From Chiloscyllium plagiosum (Eukaryota), in NCBI RefSeq assembly GCF_004010195.1, contig NC_057719.1, positions 64,997,628 to 65,030,537 of the forward strand: a DNA stretch of 32,910 bases, written 5' to 3'. The position numbers were made by a program, and so were the translations under genes. Below, piece after piece: positions 32,421-32,910 of the stretch. How positions within the stretch are numbered: the first letter of the stretch is position 1; the number at the start of each line of letters is the position of its first letter. Under the pieces are notes generated by a model. It was given only the letters and a program-made list of their open reading frames with translations, did not search any database and had not been told where the DNA came from.

Positions 32421-32910
32421 TTTTTTTTATTTCAAAAATATACTTTATTCATAAAATAATTTGATGGTCTGTACAGTTGGTCATGCCATACATATGTAAA
32501 CGTGTACATACAGAGATCAGAATTTATCATTTTTTATACAGGTCTGTACATTTTTCAATCATATGCCCATATAATTAGCTGAGGCGTCAGCAGAGCCCAA
32601 ATGACTGCATGGGCCCCCTGTTCTTCGTTCGGCAGGCAGACTTTACACAGTGGTCTTTCCTCACTGCGCCTTGGCGGCAGCTGCCCCAAGCTTCAGCGCG
32701 TCCCTCAACACGTAGTCCTGGACCTTGGAATGTGCCAGTCTGCAACACTCAGTCGGGGTCAACTCCTTCAGCTGGAAGATCAGCAGGTTTCGGACCACCC
32801 AGAGAGCGTCCTTCACCGAGTTGATGATCCTCCAGGCACAGTTGATGTTCGTCTCGGTGTGCGTCCCGGGGAACAAACCGTAGAGCACGGAGTCCCGCGT
32901 CACGGCATTG
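32421..32910 (-). mobile_element. Tx1/L1-clade LINE 3' end (ORF2 C-terminus, 3'UTR, AATAAA, poly-A); continues beyond the window
   Basis: ORF ...VLYGLFPG...CAWRIINSVKDALWVVRN...VLRDALKLG; minus-strand AATAAA near 32443-32448; A tail 32421-32428; GC- and CpG-rich, so it looks young. Confidence 0.8.

Noticed and set aside
1..32910. CRISPR array or prokaryotic operon/defence system
   Set aside because: Spliced vertebrate genes and vertebrate retroelements throughout; no regularly spaced repeats.

Overview
Eukaryotic vertebrate DNA, most likely a cartilaginous fish (shark-like CR1 LINE, V-SINE and Penelope repeat content; taxon is inference). The main feature is a complete thrombospondin-1 gene (THBS1) on the minus strand. 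I traced 21 coding exons by hand from ATG 30446 to TAA 16570. All have GT-AG junctions with matching phases and total 3507 nt (1168 aa plus stop). There is also a probable non-coding exon 1, a compact Ets/CCAAT/MCAT/TATA promoter at about 30859-30927, and a roughly 2.1 kb 3'UTR ending near AATAAA 14500-14505. The last two coding exons of FSIP1 (3767-4319, 6000-6040) lie convergently on the plus strand, the same tail-to-tail neighbour as in mammals. The remainder is transposon debris: nested CR1 LINEs, tRNA-derived SINEs, a TA-flanked Tigger/pogo-like MITE, a Tx1/L1-like LINE 3' end and several Penelope-type terminal repeats. The most unusual signals are (1) hammerhead-ribozyme cores in the Penelope-like repeats, in tandem and inverted arrangements, (2) a decayed initiator-tRNA-Met copy fused to a tRNA-SINE in a THBS1 intron, (3) a 38-bp retro-tail with a 54-bp duplication, and (4) THBS1 3'UTR miRNA sites and promoter layout that look deeply conserved. 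I see no evidence for a wholly new protein-coding system; most short ORFs in the track are spurious or TE-derived.
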